NCBI GenBank assembly: GCA_002633005.1
Contig: NMRA01000031.1
Coordinates: forward strand, 557,411-621,410
Length of the DNA stretch: 64,000 nt
Source of the DNA: Phoronis australis
Taxonomy: Eukaryota; Animalia; Phoronida
Direction: 5' to 3'
How positions within the stretch are numbered: position 1 is the stretch's first letter; each line of letters begins with the position of its first letter. Both the position numbers and the translations under genes were made by a program. Below the pieces are notes generated by a model that saw nothing but the letters and a program-made list of their open reading frames with translations, was not told where the DNA came from and did not search any database. Shown here piece after piece: positions 1 through 11,019 of this stretch.

Positions 1-574
1 TGTACTGTTCGTCCGGAAATAAACATGTGTTCTGTCTCGTTACGAGAAAAACTGGCGAACGATGGTGCTCTCAACTCATAGTCTATTATTAAAAGCGACA
101 ATAAATAATTAGGTATCACTTTATTAAGCTGAATCACGTTGAAAACAATTGAAAAACGTCAAATCTATCAGGAAACAAATCATCTGAAAACAGTTTCACG
201 AAACCAAAACATCCTGTGCACAGTGGTGAAAAGATACACTGGACTAGTTTGCAGAGGGACCAGAAGTACACTGAGAGTACACAAAAAGTTGACCTGGTCC
301 GTCACGAGACCAAGAGTTCACCTGTGCTTATTATGCCTATAAAAATAGTCGATCTGTCGCGGGACCAAACAGTACTGGCTGAGATAAATAGTTTTACAAA
401 GCACATTTTGGTAAAAAATCACAAGACTAGTTCGCCGAGGGACCAGAAGTACACTGAAACTCAACATCTACACAAATCAAGCTGGCCTGGTCCGTCGTGA
501 GACCTAAAGTGTACTATGCAAAAAATTTGAATTGAAAACTTCTTTCTAAAACTTTAATCCCCAGTGGTTACTCA

Positions 575-895
575 TACGTTAGTCCTGTCGGCTTCTGTTG
601 TCTAGACTGCCGAGGAATTTGTATATCGGATCCAATGATTTACTCGTCTTGGAACCATTCTACCCAGATATCTTGGATGTTTATTCCCAACGCTTGCACT
701 TCGTCAACTGCTGTGTCAATGAGCTTGTGAGCCTCTACAATGTCAGCATCTCGTTTCGCAGCTCAGTTGACACTAAGACCCTTGAGGTTGCCAAGGTCAT
801 TCGAAAGACTTATATATGCAACTAAATTTGATCCGTTCATCATGTACTACTGAACCTTGACGAAGCATCCCAGGACCTATTTGCATGTCTTGCAA
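575..895 (-). pseudogene. Degenerate hAT-superfamily (THAP12/ZMYM1-like) transposase fragment
   Basis: Manual minus-strand translation gives RSWDASSR / MMNGSNLVAYISLSNDLGNLKGLSVN*AAKRDADIVEAHKLIDTAVDEVQALGINIQDIWVEWFQDE*IIGSDIQIPRQSRQQ, resembling the LSxxLQxxDxDIxxA...P-R segment of hAT transposases; contains stops and a frameshift. Recognised from memory, not searched. Confidence 0.55.
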
Positions 896-1085
896 TTTTC
901 GAAATAAACGTCCCAATGTCTGAAAGCTTGAAACCCGAAGTACTAATATCAAATAAATGCCCATGGGCATGAGCGTTTCATCGGGTGAGCCTTTCTGCGG
1001 AAATTCCCAGTATAGAAGACGGCAGTGTGCTTATTGCAGGTAGACAGACGGTAGGTGTTGAGGTCGGCACTAGGGCTCCTTAGGA

Positions 1086-1400
1086 NNNNNNNNNNNNNNN
1101 NNNNNNNNNNNNNNNNNNNNNNNNNNNNNNNNNNNNNNNNNNNNNNNNNNNNNNNNNNNNNNNNNNNNNNNNNNNNNNNNNNNNNNNNNNNNNNNNNNNN
1201 NNNNNNNNNNNNNNNNNNNNNNNNNNNNNNNNNNNNNNNNNNNNNNNNNNNNNNNNNNNNNNNNNNNNNNNNNNNNNNNNNNNNNNNNNNNNNNNNNNNN
1301 NNNNNNNNNNNNNNNNNNNNNNNNNNNNNNNNNNNNNNNNNNNNNNNNNNNNNNNNNNNNNNNNNNNNNNNNNNNNNNNNNNNNNNNNNNNNNNNNNNNN
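1086..1400. other. Assembly gap (315 N)
   Basis: Run of N. Confidence 1.
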
Positions 1401-1589
1401 AATCAAATCAAAACATATCTAAGAGTAAAGAAGCTAGTTACCTAAAGAAATCAGCTATAGAACTGCTCTTTCAGCGGTGAATCCATCTAAAATGCTTGGC
1501 TACTTCAGAAGTGTCGACGGAAGCGCGCGCACCATAAATCCCCGCGCGTTTTGCCGATGAGACACAAAGACTCAACAATTCACAATGCA

Positions 1590-1776
1590 AAAAACTATAT
1601 TTTCAGAGTGAACCCCCCCCTCATTTTTTTCCAAGTTGGTTTACTTGGGGTTTACACACGCTGGCGGTGCCGTTTTTGTTTTGCTTGAGACGCTTTTGTT
1701 TTTTTTTTTTAATTTTTGGGTCCTGGCCCGAGGGGGGGTTTAAACCCCCTGAACCCCCCCCGTAGATCCGCCACTG
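1590..1776. mobile_element. Right end of a GC-rich MITE-like element ending GATCCGCCACTG
   Basis: G/C homopolymer runs followed by gtagatccgccactg, same terminal type as the element at 19701-19905; left end not seen (possibly in the gap). Confidence 0.5.
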
Positions 1777-4583
1777 ATTAAATTATATGGTTTAAGAAGT
1801 TCAGCAACAGAGTACTCAATCGATTGATGTGCGACGGTGGTTGAAAGCCGCGGTCGGTCGACCGGTGAGCGGCGTGCCCGATCGACTAGGGCTGAGTCGG
1901 CAGGCCGGGATCTCGGATTACAATTCATTGACAAATAAGGAAGCGAGTCATTACCGGAAGTCGCCCGGTTCAGTAGGCTAACACTCAAGCGGTGTTCAAC
2001 AAGCGCTCTTGCCCAATACCTACTCGAAAGAATACCTAGGTCTAGGTTAGTATCAATTGCGTTATTCACTTAAAAAAGTTGTTGAGGAACGTGATAAAAT
2101 GATCTTGTTTTCGGCAGCCTGACGTTCAGCGCAGGCCACGGAGTTGGTCCGATACGCTTGCCGGACTAGACAGTACTCCACAGTAGGCCTACTCTGTACT
2201 AGTGACTAGTGGCCTACCACATTGCCCACAGGCACCGGTCGCCGAAGCCTTTCGGCGAATTATGCCTCACACTGATTAAACCGGCATCAAAGTCTCGTTT
2301 CTATAAAAACCTTTTGTGCACAGAGGGGCACCTTATCAAGCCATTGATTCAGCTTGAACAGATACTCTCCCAAACTTGTTTTCGAACTGAATTCGTCCAG
2401 TTGCCCAAATTGGCTACTGGCCATTTTTACACTGCGCGCGCCAGGACATATGACTTCATAGGCCTATCTGACTGGCTGCAGAAGACCAATCCCAAAATGC
2501 TTGGCCACATGTTAAGAATCTTCCAATTATCCCCATGTTTTCTTACGATCAGACAAAGTCACATTTTTTGGCCAGGTCATGTAATTTATAAGAATAAAGT
2601 ATGGCTGTGATTGATAGCAATTTGCATGTAAGTGTCAGGACAAATTTCACTCTTGAGCAGCTTGTATAGTGAAAACAATGACTTCAGAGCGACGACTTCA
2701 ACCACTCATGTAAATGAATGAGCATGTAATCGGGACCAAGAAACATAAAACTTATGCAGACTCGAAGAGTTGCGCAATGTCGAGGTTGCTTGTACAAGTA
2801 AAAAATATATTTTGACGCTAGTCTACATAATGTATAGTCGATCTACACAAAGCTAGCTGGCACTGCTTGAATATAGTGGTTTGCAATTTAAAGGGCCAGT
2901 TTCTTGCACTGAACAATAAACCAGTTATTCAGTGATTAGATTTTTCTCAAAATCAGGGATCGCTTTGTATACAACTTGTGTTGACAGTGCGTTGTTGTCT
3001 GTAGCAGAAATGTTCCTCTTCCAGCTGCTCAACTGGAGATCGCTAAAGAACAGAAGAGCCAATCAAACTTGTATTATTCTATATTAATTTTCTGTTCATG
3101 TTGGTGGTAAGGTTGCAGTGAAGCTCCTTTTGTGCCATTCTTCTGGAGTGTAAAAATCAAATTTCCAGTAGCAGGATCTAACCTAGAATCACAGTCGATT
3201 AAACCTGTCATGCAAGCCTTTTGTGTTGGTACACAATATTGTGGTTTACCTGGTCAGAGCTTACAGTACAGTCACATTTAAAGGAATCAACAGGTGAAAG
3301 TTAAGTCTAATTTCTCTGAAAGTCAACAGTTTTTCTCCAGATTTTACAGTTTTTTGGTGAAAGTATTTCATGCAAAACACATCTGCTTCACGACATGTGT
3401 TGAAAGTCGTTTGCAAATAGTATTTTTAAATATCCGCCTCCGGCTCACTGTTAACAACATAATCACTGGATTACCTGAGCTTATCAGATGAAAACAGACA
3501 ATAAGAGAGCTAGACTATGAAAACACTGGTTTGTCACTGTCACACTAATAATGCCATGGCTGTATCCCCACTGACCCACCACTCAGTGGGGATACTCATT
3601 CCACAGCGCGTGCGTAACGGATGACAAATCCTACTTAGACCAGCTGAGACGATAGCATTGCCTACCCTTGGTACAAAACTGTATGAATATGGAACCCCTA
3701 CATTTTAGCAATCTGAATAATCTGGAAATGATGACAGCCAGTTATTTCCACTAATTATCAGATGTAAATGGGTCTCAGTCCGTTCCGGTTGATTTAGATG
3801 GCTAAAATTTAAGATTGCCCATAAATACACAGATCGGGGTTCGTGGTTGTAAAAATCAGTAAAACAAAATCTCACAAAAACTTCATGCCATTAAAAACTG
3901 CACTTAGCTGTGACTGAATTTTGAGTTGACTGACTCTGAATGATGTTGAATCATTGGGACTTGAATAGTGGTCACCAACCTCTACAGACCATGTTTGCAA
4001 CATCTTTGTCACCCTCGATGACATTCAGTGATAATTGCTGATTGGCTGTGTTAGCTTTGCACGTGATGGCCCAATGTTACTATTAGGATTTTCTTACAAA
4101 ATTTGAAGAAATTTTAAAAATCGAGTGCCTATTTTTCTTTGAGTAATTTTAGAAGTGTATGCACAGTGTTAGTATGGCATGGAAGTTCTGGGAGGTTTAT
4201 AGTCAACTCCTCAGGATAATGAATGAGTCTTTAATAGGTTAGGTTGAGCACAAACCTAGGCTCTTATGACTTCATTGGAAAGTTTTACAGTCTCTCAAAC
4301 ACTTGCCTTAAATGCTGAATCTTGGAAATCGGGCATCTTCCACTTTCAAAAAGTCAACCCACATTTAGACCAATAATGCCCCAAAAATTAATATCTGATC
4401 CGTGCGTTAATGTTTTGCTTTTGCTTTGTTTTGACAATAAATGCCTTTTTCTGGCTTTTGACATTTTTCTCAAATAATGAGTGTGCTTGACCTTTTCGAA
4501 TTTTGTTTTGTTATGTGAGCCGCATTTCAACTTTTTTAACGTACCTTAATTTGTTGTTTCATTGTTTCAGAAACTCTTGTGTA

Positions 4584-6557
4584 ATGGCTGTTGAGGAAAA
4601 CAGGGACTCTTTTGAAACTTTCTTTGCTGCAGTCAACGAAGTCTGTTGTAGTGACAGTTTCGTCAATGTTTTTCGGGATCTCAACAGTGACGAAGAGCGT
4701 GTTGGATATCTCTACTCTCTGGAGGTAGTTAAAGAGTACAACGTTGAAGCAGATCTTCACTGGACCAGAAAATCTCAAGAAGAGTCTGTTAAGCTTCGTA
4801 ATGAAGGCAATACATTTTTTCAAAAGAAAAAGAATGTCGCTGCGTTGAGTAGATACAACAAAAGTGTTGCATGTGCACCACTAGATGGAGATAAAAGAGA
4901 ACTGGGGCTTGCGTTAGCCAATCGGTCAGCTGTGTTTTTCCATTTGAAGAAATACAAAGAGTGTGTGGCAGACATTGAATGTGCGTTTGAGTGTGGCTAT
5001 CCCAACGAATTAGCTTACAAGCTCCATGATCGACAAGGAAAGTGTTTACTTAGGCTAGGACAGGTAGATAATGCCAAGGTGAGCTTCGAAAAGGCAACGA
5101 CACTGTTGGGAAGTTCTAAATTGGATGACAAAAAGAGGGCATCATGGTTAAGTGACTTGGGATGCCAAATGAAAAACTGCCAAATTACCGATAACAAAAA
5201 GGTTAACTGTGAGATAAAATCTGTTAAAGCGCACAAACTTCCTTCATTAAAATGTCAGAACCCTAAGTTTCCTTCTTTGGCTGCTGATGTTGGCGTGAAT
5301 CAGAGTGAAGAGAGAGGTCGCTTCCCCTATGCCGAACGTGATATCAAAATTGGAGAGATTGTTGCTATTGATAAGCCTTATGCGTCAGTTGCAGTTCCTG
5401 CTGAGATATTTTCTCATTGTCACGAGTGTTACACATTTGTGCATGCAGCAGTGCCTTGTCAGCATTGTTCATTTGTTGTTTACTGTAGCGAGCAGTGTCG
5501 CCAGTCATCCTGGGACAGACATCATTCAGTGGAGTGCCCTCTATTGCCAGCTGTATACAGCAGTGATGTTGGGCTTGGGCGCCTGGCATTGAGAACAGCA
5601 ATTGTGACTGGGATGAGTGGAATGAAACAAGTTCACAGCAACTCAACTACTGACACTGATGGCATAGTGGGCTGCGATAAGGATGGTGTGTTTGGTACTA
5701 GCTATGACTCCATCTATCACTTAGTTAATCACTCTGATAAGCGTGCAGTTGGTGATCTAGTTCGCATGACAGCAGTCACGGTGTACCTCACAAAATTGCT
5801 GTGCAAAGTGAATTTTCTGGATGAATCTGAATCCGATTTTATCCTGGTCGCGAGTCATATCTTACGTAATATTCAGATGATGCCGTGTAATGCTCACGAG
5901 GTGTCTGAATTAGAACTGGATAAGAGATCTGTAGCCACATCCAAAAAGATTGAAATTGGTTCAGCTATCTACGCTACGTGCAGCTTATTCAACCATTCAT
6001 GTGACCCTAATGTTGTGCGTCACTCTTATAAGGACGTCTGTGTTGTACGCGCCATTCGTCAGATTCACAAAGGTGAGGAGCTTGTTGACAACTATGGCTA
6101 CCTGTCTGCTATGACCCCTCTACAGAGGCGTCTGTTCAGACTCAATAAGCAGTATTTCTTCACATGTTCTTGTATAGCATGTGCCAATGACTGGCCTCAG
6201 TATTTAGAGATGGAGGATAGTCTACCAGTATTCAAGTGTGTCAAGTGTTCAGGAGCGGTCTGTATCCGTAGCGACAGTTACGACAACTTGTACTTATGTG
6301 TTGACTGCAACCTTCCACAGGACATCAGCGGTAAATTCGACGTCTGGAACCAGTCACACATAAAGTATTCTCGCGTCATGGAAGCTCTTAAGTCATCATC
6401 GAGTGAGTTGGATGTGAAACCGTGGATCAAAATCTTGACTAGCCATTTGAGGTTGTTGGATGATTTGGCATGTCGGCCATGTAAGGAGTACAATGAATGT
6501 CAGGAAGCCTTAAAACAGTGTTGGAGCATTAAAGCCAACTGTCATGTGGTGAATTAA
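4584..6557 (+). CDS. SMYD4: SET and MYND domain-containing protein 4-like lysine methyltransferase, single coding exon, 657 aa
   Basis: N-terminal TPRs (LRNEGNTFFQKK, LALANRSAVFFHL), split SET (RGRFPYAERDIKIGEIV; FNHSCDPNV; GEELVDNYG), MYND finger (CHEC, CQHC, YCSEQC, HHSVEC), post-SET YFFTCSCIAC. Acceptor tgtttcag at 4570 just upstream of ATG 4584. Confidence 0.92.
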   Translation: MAVEENRDSFETFFAAVNEVCCSDSFVNVFRDLNSDEERVGYLYSLEVVKEYNVEADLHWTRKSQEESVKLRNEGNTFFQKKKNVAALSRYNKSVACAPLDGDKRELGLALANRSAVFFHLKKYKECVADIECAFECGYPNELAYKLHDRQGKCLLRLGQVDNAKVSFEKATTLLGSSKLDDKKRASWLSDLGCQMKNCQITDNKKVNCEIKSVKAHKLPSLKCQNPKFPSLAADVGVNQSEERGRFPYAERDIKIGEIVAIDKPYASVAVPAEIFSHCHECYTFVHAAVPCQHCSFVVYCSEQCRQSSWDRHHSVECPLLPAVYSSDVGLGRLALRTAIVTGMSGMKQVHSNSTTDTDGIVGCDKDGVFGTSYDSIYHLVNHSDKRAVGDLVRMTAVTVYLTKLLCKVNFLDESESDFILVASHILRNIQMMPCNAHEVSELELDKRSVATSKKIEIGSAIYATCSLFNHSCDPNVVRHSYKDVCVVRAIRQIHKGEELVDNYGYLSAMTPLQRRLFRLNKQYFFTCSCIACANDWPQYLEMEDSLPVFKCVKCSGAVCIRSDSYDNLYLCVDCNLPQDISGKFDVWNQSHIKYSRVMEALKSSSSELDVKPWIKILTSHLRLLDDLACRPCKEYNECQEALKQCWSIKANCHVVN

Positions 6558-7036
6558 TGACCAGTTGGCTCATGCAGTGTGAGATGCCATCATAACTCAG
6601 TACCAGTGTGGGTATCATGTTATGTCATTTATACTGCAGGGCATAACAATTAGCAATCGGACAAAGTGCCATTTTCCTGTCATAACTGCTAATTCTGTTA
6701 ACAGCAAAAATGACTGGTAATAAATATGGCAGAAGAATTCTAATTACCCTTAGCTACATCACTAAATGTCCTGTTTATTCCCTTTCATTCTCAGCGGTAA
6801 CGGAAGCCTACTTTGATGATGAATTTAGCTTCCGCTTAGCCGTCATGACGGGAAATACCGTGTCAGTTTATCTGTACTTTTGATATGTACTGCAGCTCAG
6901 GTGTACTCTCCTTCACTTGGTAGGTCAGAACGAGGTTTCTATTTGAAGAGGAGATTTTGCATGGACACTTCTCTTGGGTATGACTTGATTTTATTAATAA
7001 CAAGCATATTTCAGTTTGTAACTTTTGTAACTTGCA

Positions 7037-7200
7037 GGATCCTAGAAAAATGACCCAATTTGGCTTACTTCAGAACATCATATCTCAAAAATGGTCTTTC
7101 GGATTCAATATGCAATGTTCTCTAAAACCCAGTTGTGTTTAAATTGATCCACTTTAACATGTGGGACTATCAAAACTATGACTTATGTTTTTACGAAAAT
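7037..7200 (+). repeat. Dispersed repeat; inverted copy at about 9910-10110 and direct copy at about 32905-32970
   Basis: Shared core cctagaaaa..ccaaatttggcta..ttc.gaacatcatatctca at 7037 and 32905, and as reverse complement near 10110. Confidence 0.55.
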
Positions 7201-9224
7201 AAAAACAGAAAGTTGCATCAAACTAAAATGTAATAAATTGTAACAGAGTTTTTGAATGAGATTCAAATGAAATTTGGTGAATATTGTTGGTAACATTTTT
7301 GCAATGATTGTACCTTTCTTTTTCCTGAATTGTTTTTAAAAAATCACAAATTAATTTAAGTCAAAACTCAAAATCTACAGGCTTTTTGCTTTCAGAAAAT
7401 GTAATACTTTCTCCAATTAAATTTTATTGTAAGTTATAAATATTTGGCTGAATGCATTTAGCGATAAAGTCCCACATAACAGTCTAATAGAAATTAATAG
7501 GCTTTTTGTTGGGTAGTAACAGTAAAGAACAGACATCTGTGCTTCTTGTTTTAAAGTCTGCGAGTGAAATTGTCAAAAACCTGGCCCTTAACCTGTGATA
7601 CAACATTGAAATCCTGGCTTAAGATTTGTTATCAACTGGTCACAATTTAAAATGCAAGAACCGAACTCAAAGTTGTATGTAGCCAATTTCCGTTTTTGGA
7701 ATATTTTAAAGTACATGCACTTGAATTTTTTTGGTGTGCATTTTTGTTGTGTGCCAGTATTGACCATCTTGCTACACTCTGATACTGTTAACATTAGATT
7801 AAATTACATTGTCTGGTGTTAACAGGGAATTTGTATCACGTTTAGTCCTCATTATAACTTGTTGATTTAGAAATAAGAGTGTCTGTTTTAGGTAATACAG
7901 ATACTTCCGTTTGTTGTTCGCTACAGGAAGTTCCATACCTGAACAGTTACTCTCGTTCCATTTAGCAACTAAGTATGTGACTCGATGGCTGTAGACATAG
8001 CAAGAAATATATCCAGGTTTAATTATGAAAGCATCTTTATTAACCACTAATAAGATGATAACAGATAATGAGCATTATGTATTCAATAACAATAACAGAT
8101 TAGCGTTATGTTACAGTAATACTGGTTATCAACATTCAGACCATTAGATTAACACCATACTATGCTTACACAATCAATCCTATAAGGCACTGTGCATATC
8201 AGTGGGTATTACTTTAGAACATAATCTGAGTAGCCATTTTACGACATAGCAAGGACATAATTATCAAAGCTAGAAGGTAATAGAGTAGTTGATGAATAGT
8301 GTTCAGTGTTCTCGAATAGGGATTTAATAGTGTGGGATTTCCCATTTTTTAGAGTCCGCCATCATGCTGTCAAATTACCAGTTGTACGGAGGGATGTTGA
8401 AATGATTTCCGTAAAAATCTGATGTCCAGGAACATGAACATGGAATAAAGAAGCGAAGAAGCAACAGAGCTTCACCATAGATTAGATTAATTAATTATTA
8501 ATTATTAATCTACGGTATCACATAGTAGTTTATCTCGTGGAATCCGTCCATTTATAATCAGAGACTGACATAGGTGCTAAATATGTAGTGTGCACATTAA
8601 ACCAGAAGAATCTATTTAGTATTAAAGAGTTCTTTCACTGCCTCTGCCAAACGCTACTGATCATTTTTGTGTTAATCCATATTAATTAAACAAAGCTTAA
8701 ATCATTGGTTTATATGTTAACTGTACTGTTTCAACAGTCCCGTTCTTACATAAACACTCGGATGCGTATACATTCAAGGTCCATACAAACATATTTAAAT
8801 AAATCTTGTAATTTACAATTGACCTATCGCAAGTTCCGCCCCCTTGTGAAAAGTCGACAAACAATAACTTTTACCCGACAACGTGTTATTGGTCGGGTAA
8901 AAAGGTGGCTTGGAAACGAAGGTAGGTCGAGAATGCTGCGTTCTGATTGGTTAGTTAAGCCGTCACTCAAAATCCTGGCGATAGGTCAATTGCTAGCTTA
9001 ACAATGTTAACCTATATAAACTTAACATATTTCATTACACTTGTTCAAAAGCCAGCATTGTAACACCATGGAAACAGAGATAAAAGATTTTAACAGTAAA
9101 TGGTAAACAACACTGAGATCTCATCGGCAATAAAATACTAGCAACACCATTTGTAACAATAACATGACTAGGTTACATTAAAGTTTCTCCAAACAGAAGA
9201 TTAAGTGAAGTTAATTCAGACCAC

Positions 9225-9358
9225 TTCAAACTGACCTCGTTAATCCAACTAATGAGAAGTGATTTTTGGTTTTGCAAAGAACTCGCTGTTCGTTATTCTT
9301 CAAGACCACGCTCTGTGCATAAAATTACACGGCGTGACACGCCCACTTGTAGGGCCTA
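9225..9358 (-). repeat. About 150-bp dispersed repeat family; other copies at about 11680-11820, 24039-24175, 27119-27250, 35330-35460 (+)
   Basis: Shared core ggtctt..ggaataacgaac.gc...tttgcaaa.cc.gaaatcacttc preceded by ccaggctctac/caag in each copy. Confidence 0.65.
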
Positions 9359-11019
9359 ATCTCTAGCATTTATGAACTATTAGGTCTCTCGAAGCACCAA
9401 ATTCTTCAGTTTACCTGAGGAAAAGTTGAAAATGATTTCAACATGGTAAGTGGGCTAAATCAAAAGTTTTTTAAGATGGAAGCTAGGTTTAATGCCACGT
9501 TCAATTTTCTTTTAAATTAATAATGTTATGACATATTTTTGAACGTGAAAGACTTTCTGGTCACCCAGTGGGTTATTTATAATAAACACATGACAATAAA
9601 AATCGTATTAAAAAGTATGTATTTGGACAAATATTAAAATAACTAATAAAATTTAATAAACTATGAAAATGTATTATATTTTCTAAATCTGTGTATTCAA
9701 GTTACTTCATACCAAGCTACTATTAATTGGGTCATGTGGTCACTTCCTTTTCACAAAATAAGAATACATTTATGACAATAACATATAACCAAAATGATAC
9801 AAATCTATGAGATGAAATCTCAAACAAATGCATTAAGATTTTCTAAATTATCCTAGTTTTCATTTTATGCAAAATTAATTTATATTTTTTCCCAAAAAAA
9901 GCCTGTAAGTCCCAATTTTTGATAGTCCCCAAAGTGGGTTTGATAGTTCCTAATGCCAAAGTGGGACACTATAAAAGACAATATTCCTGATAGCGGTTTG
10001 TTTCAGAGCAGTAAATAAAGTACATTATCCAAAACTTTCATTGAAATCTGATCAGTCATTTCTGAGATATGTTTGAAAGTTAGCCAAATTTAGACATTAT
10101 CCTAGGGTCTCACTTCACCCTAAAATATTAGGCTGATGTTGCAGACGCAACAAATTATGCACAACGACACAACGGAAACGTTTTTTCAAGAGATCCCATC
10201 CATTTATCTTTGTCGATCTCTGATGCCAAAAATGAAATTGTCAGGCATAGCTTTTCATTTCGCATGCCGAAAGCAATTTGAGATCCAGGAATTGACTGAA
10301 TCAATGCCCAAACACTAGATGGAGTAACCAGTCTGTGCGTACCGGCTTGGGTGACCTCAACAAACCAATCTGAGACTGTAATATGCAACGTTTTTCCAAC
10401 AAGTGCGGTATAACACGGTAAAAACTCCCCAGTTTGGGATACCGAAAAAGCATTATTTTGCTCAAGGTCAGAGCTTGTACCAAGTTTTAGAAATGGGCAA
10501 TATTGAGCATTCTAAACTGATCATTTACCTCAACGTTACACCATGGAAGTGCATAAAAACATTACGTTGGCAGCTGTTTTATGCACCTCCAAACCTGTTT
10601 TCAGGTTCTGTTGATACAAAAGAAAAAGTCTATTACCTGAGAAAGATGCTGGATGCCAAAATCGCAAAAGGATAAATGGCAAAAACCTTGAGAATCACAA
10701 AAATTCAACTTCAGCTTCAATTTCAGCATTGTTTATTTTAAAGACTATCACAAACTGGGAAATTTTTAGCATAAACTTAATAAGCACATATTAAAACCTA
10801 AACTAGGAAAAAGTTACGATAGAATTAAAATATAAAATGAAAATCAACAACACTACACAGTACTACTAAACTGACAAAGTAATCAAATAACACATCCCAA
10901 TACTACCTGCCTCATCACATGAGGCTTTTAATAAAAAAGTTAACAAATTTTACCACAACAACCAGAAATTTCGCTGACTAGAAATTATTCTCACACACCA
11001 TTACACACGACATGCAAAC

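Noticed and set aside
240-520. Imperfect direct repeats (gggaccagaagtacactga; cctggtccgtc..gagacc) at about 185-bp spacing
   Set aside because: Real but unclassifiable here; probably subterminal repeats of a mobile element cut by the window edge.
1055-1480. ORFs spanning the N gap
   Set aside because: Artefacts of translating Ns.
2209-2610. 133-aa ORF upstream of SMYD4
   Set aside because: Non-ATG start, no motif; probably promoter or first-intron sequence.
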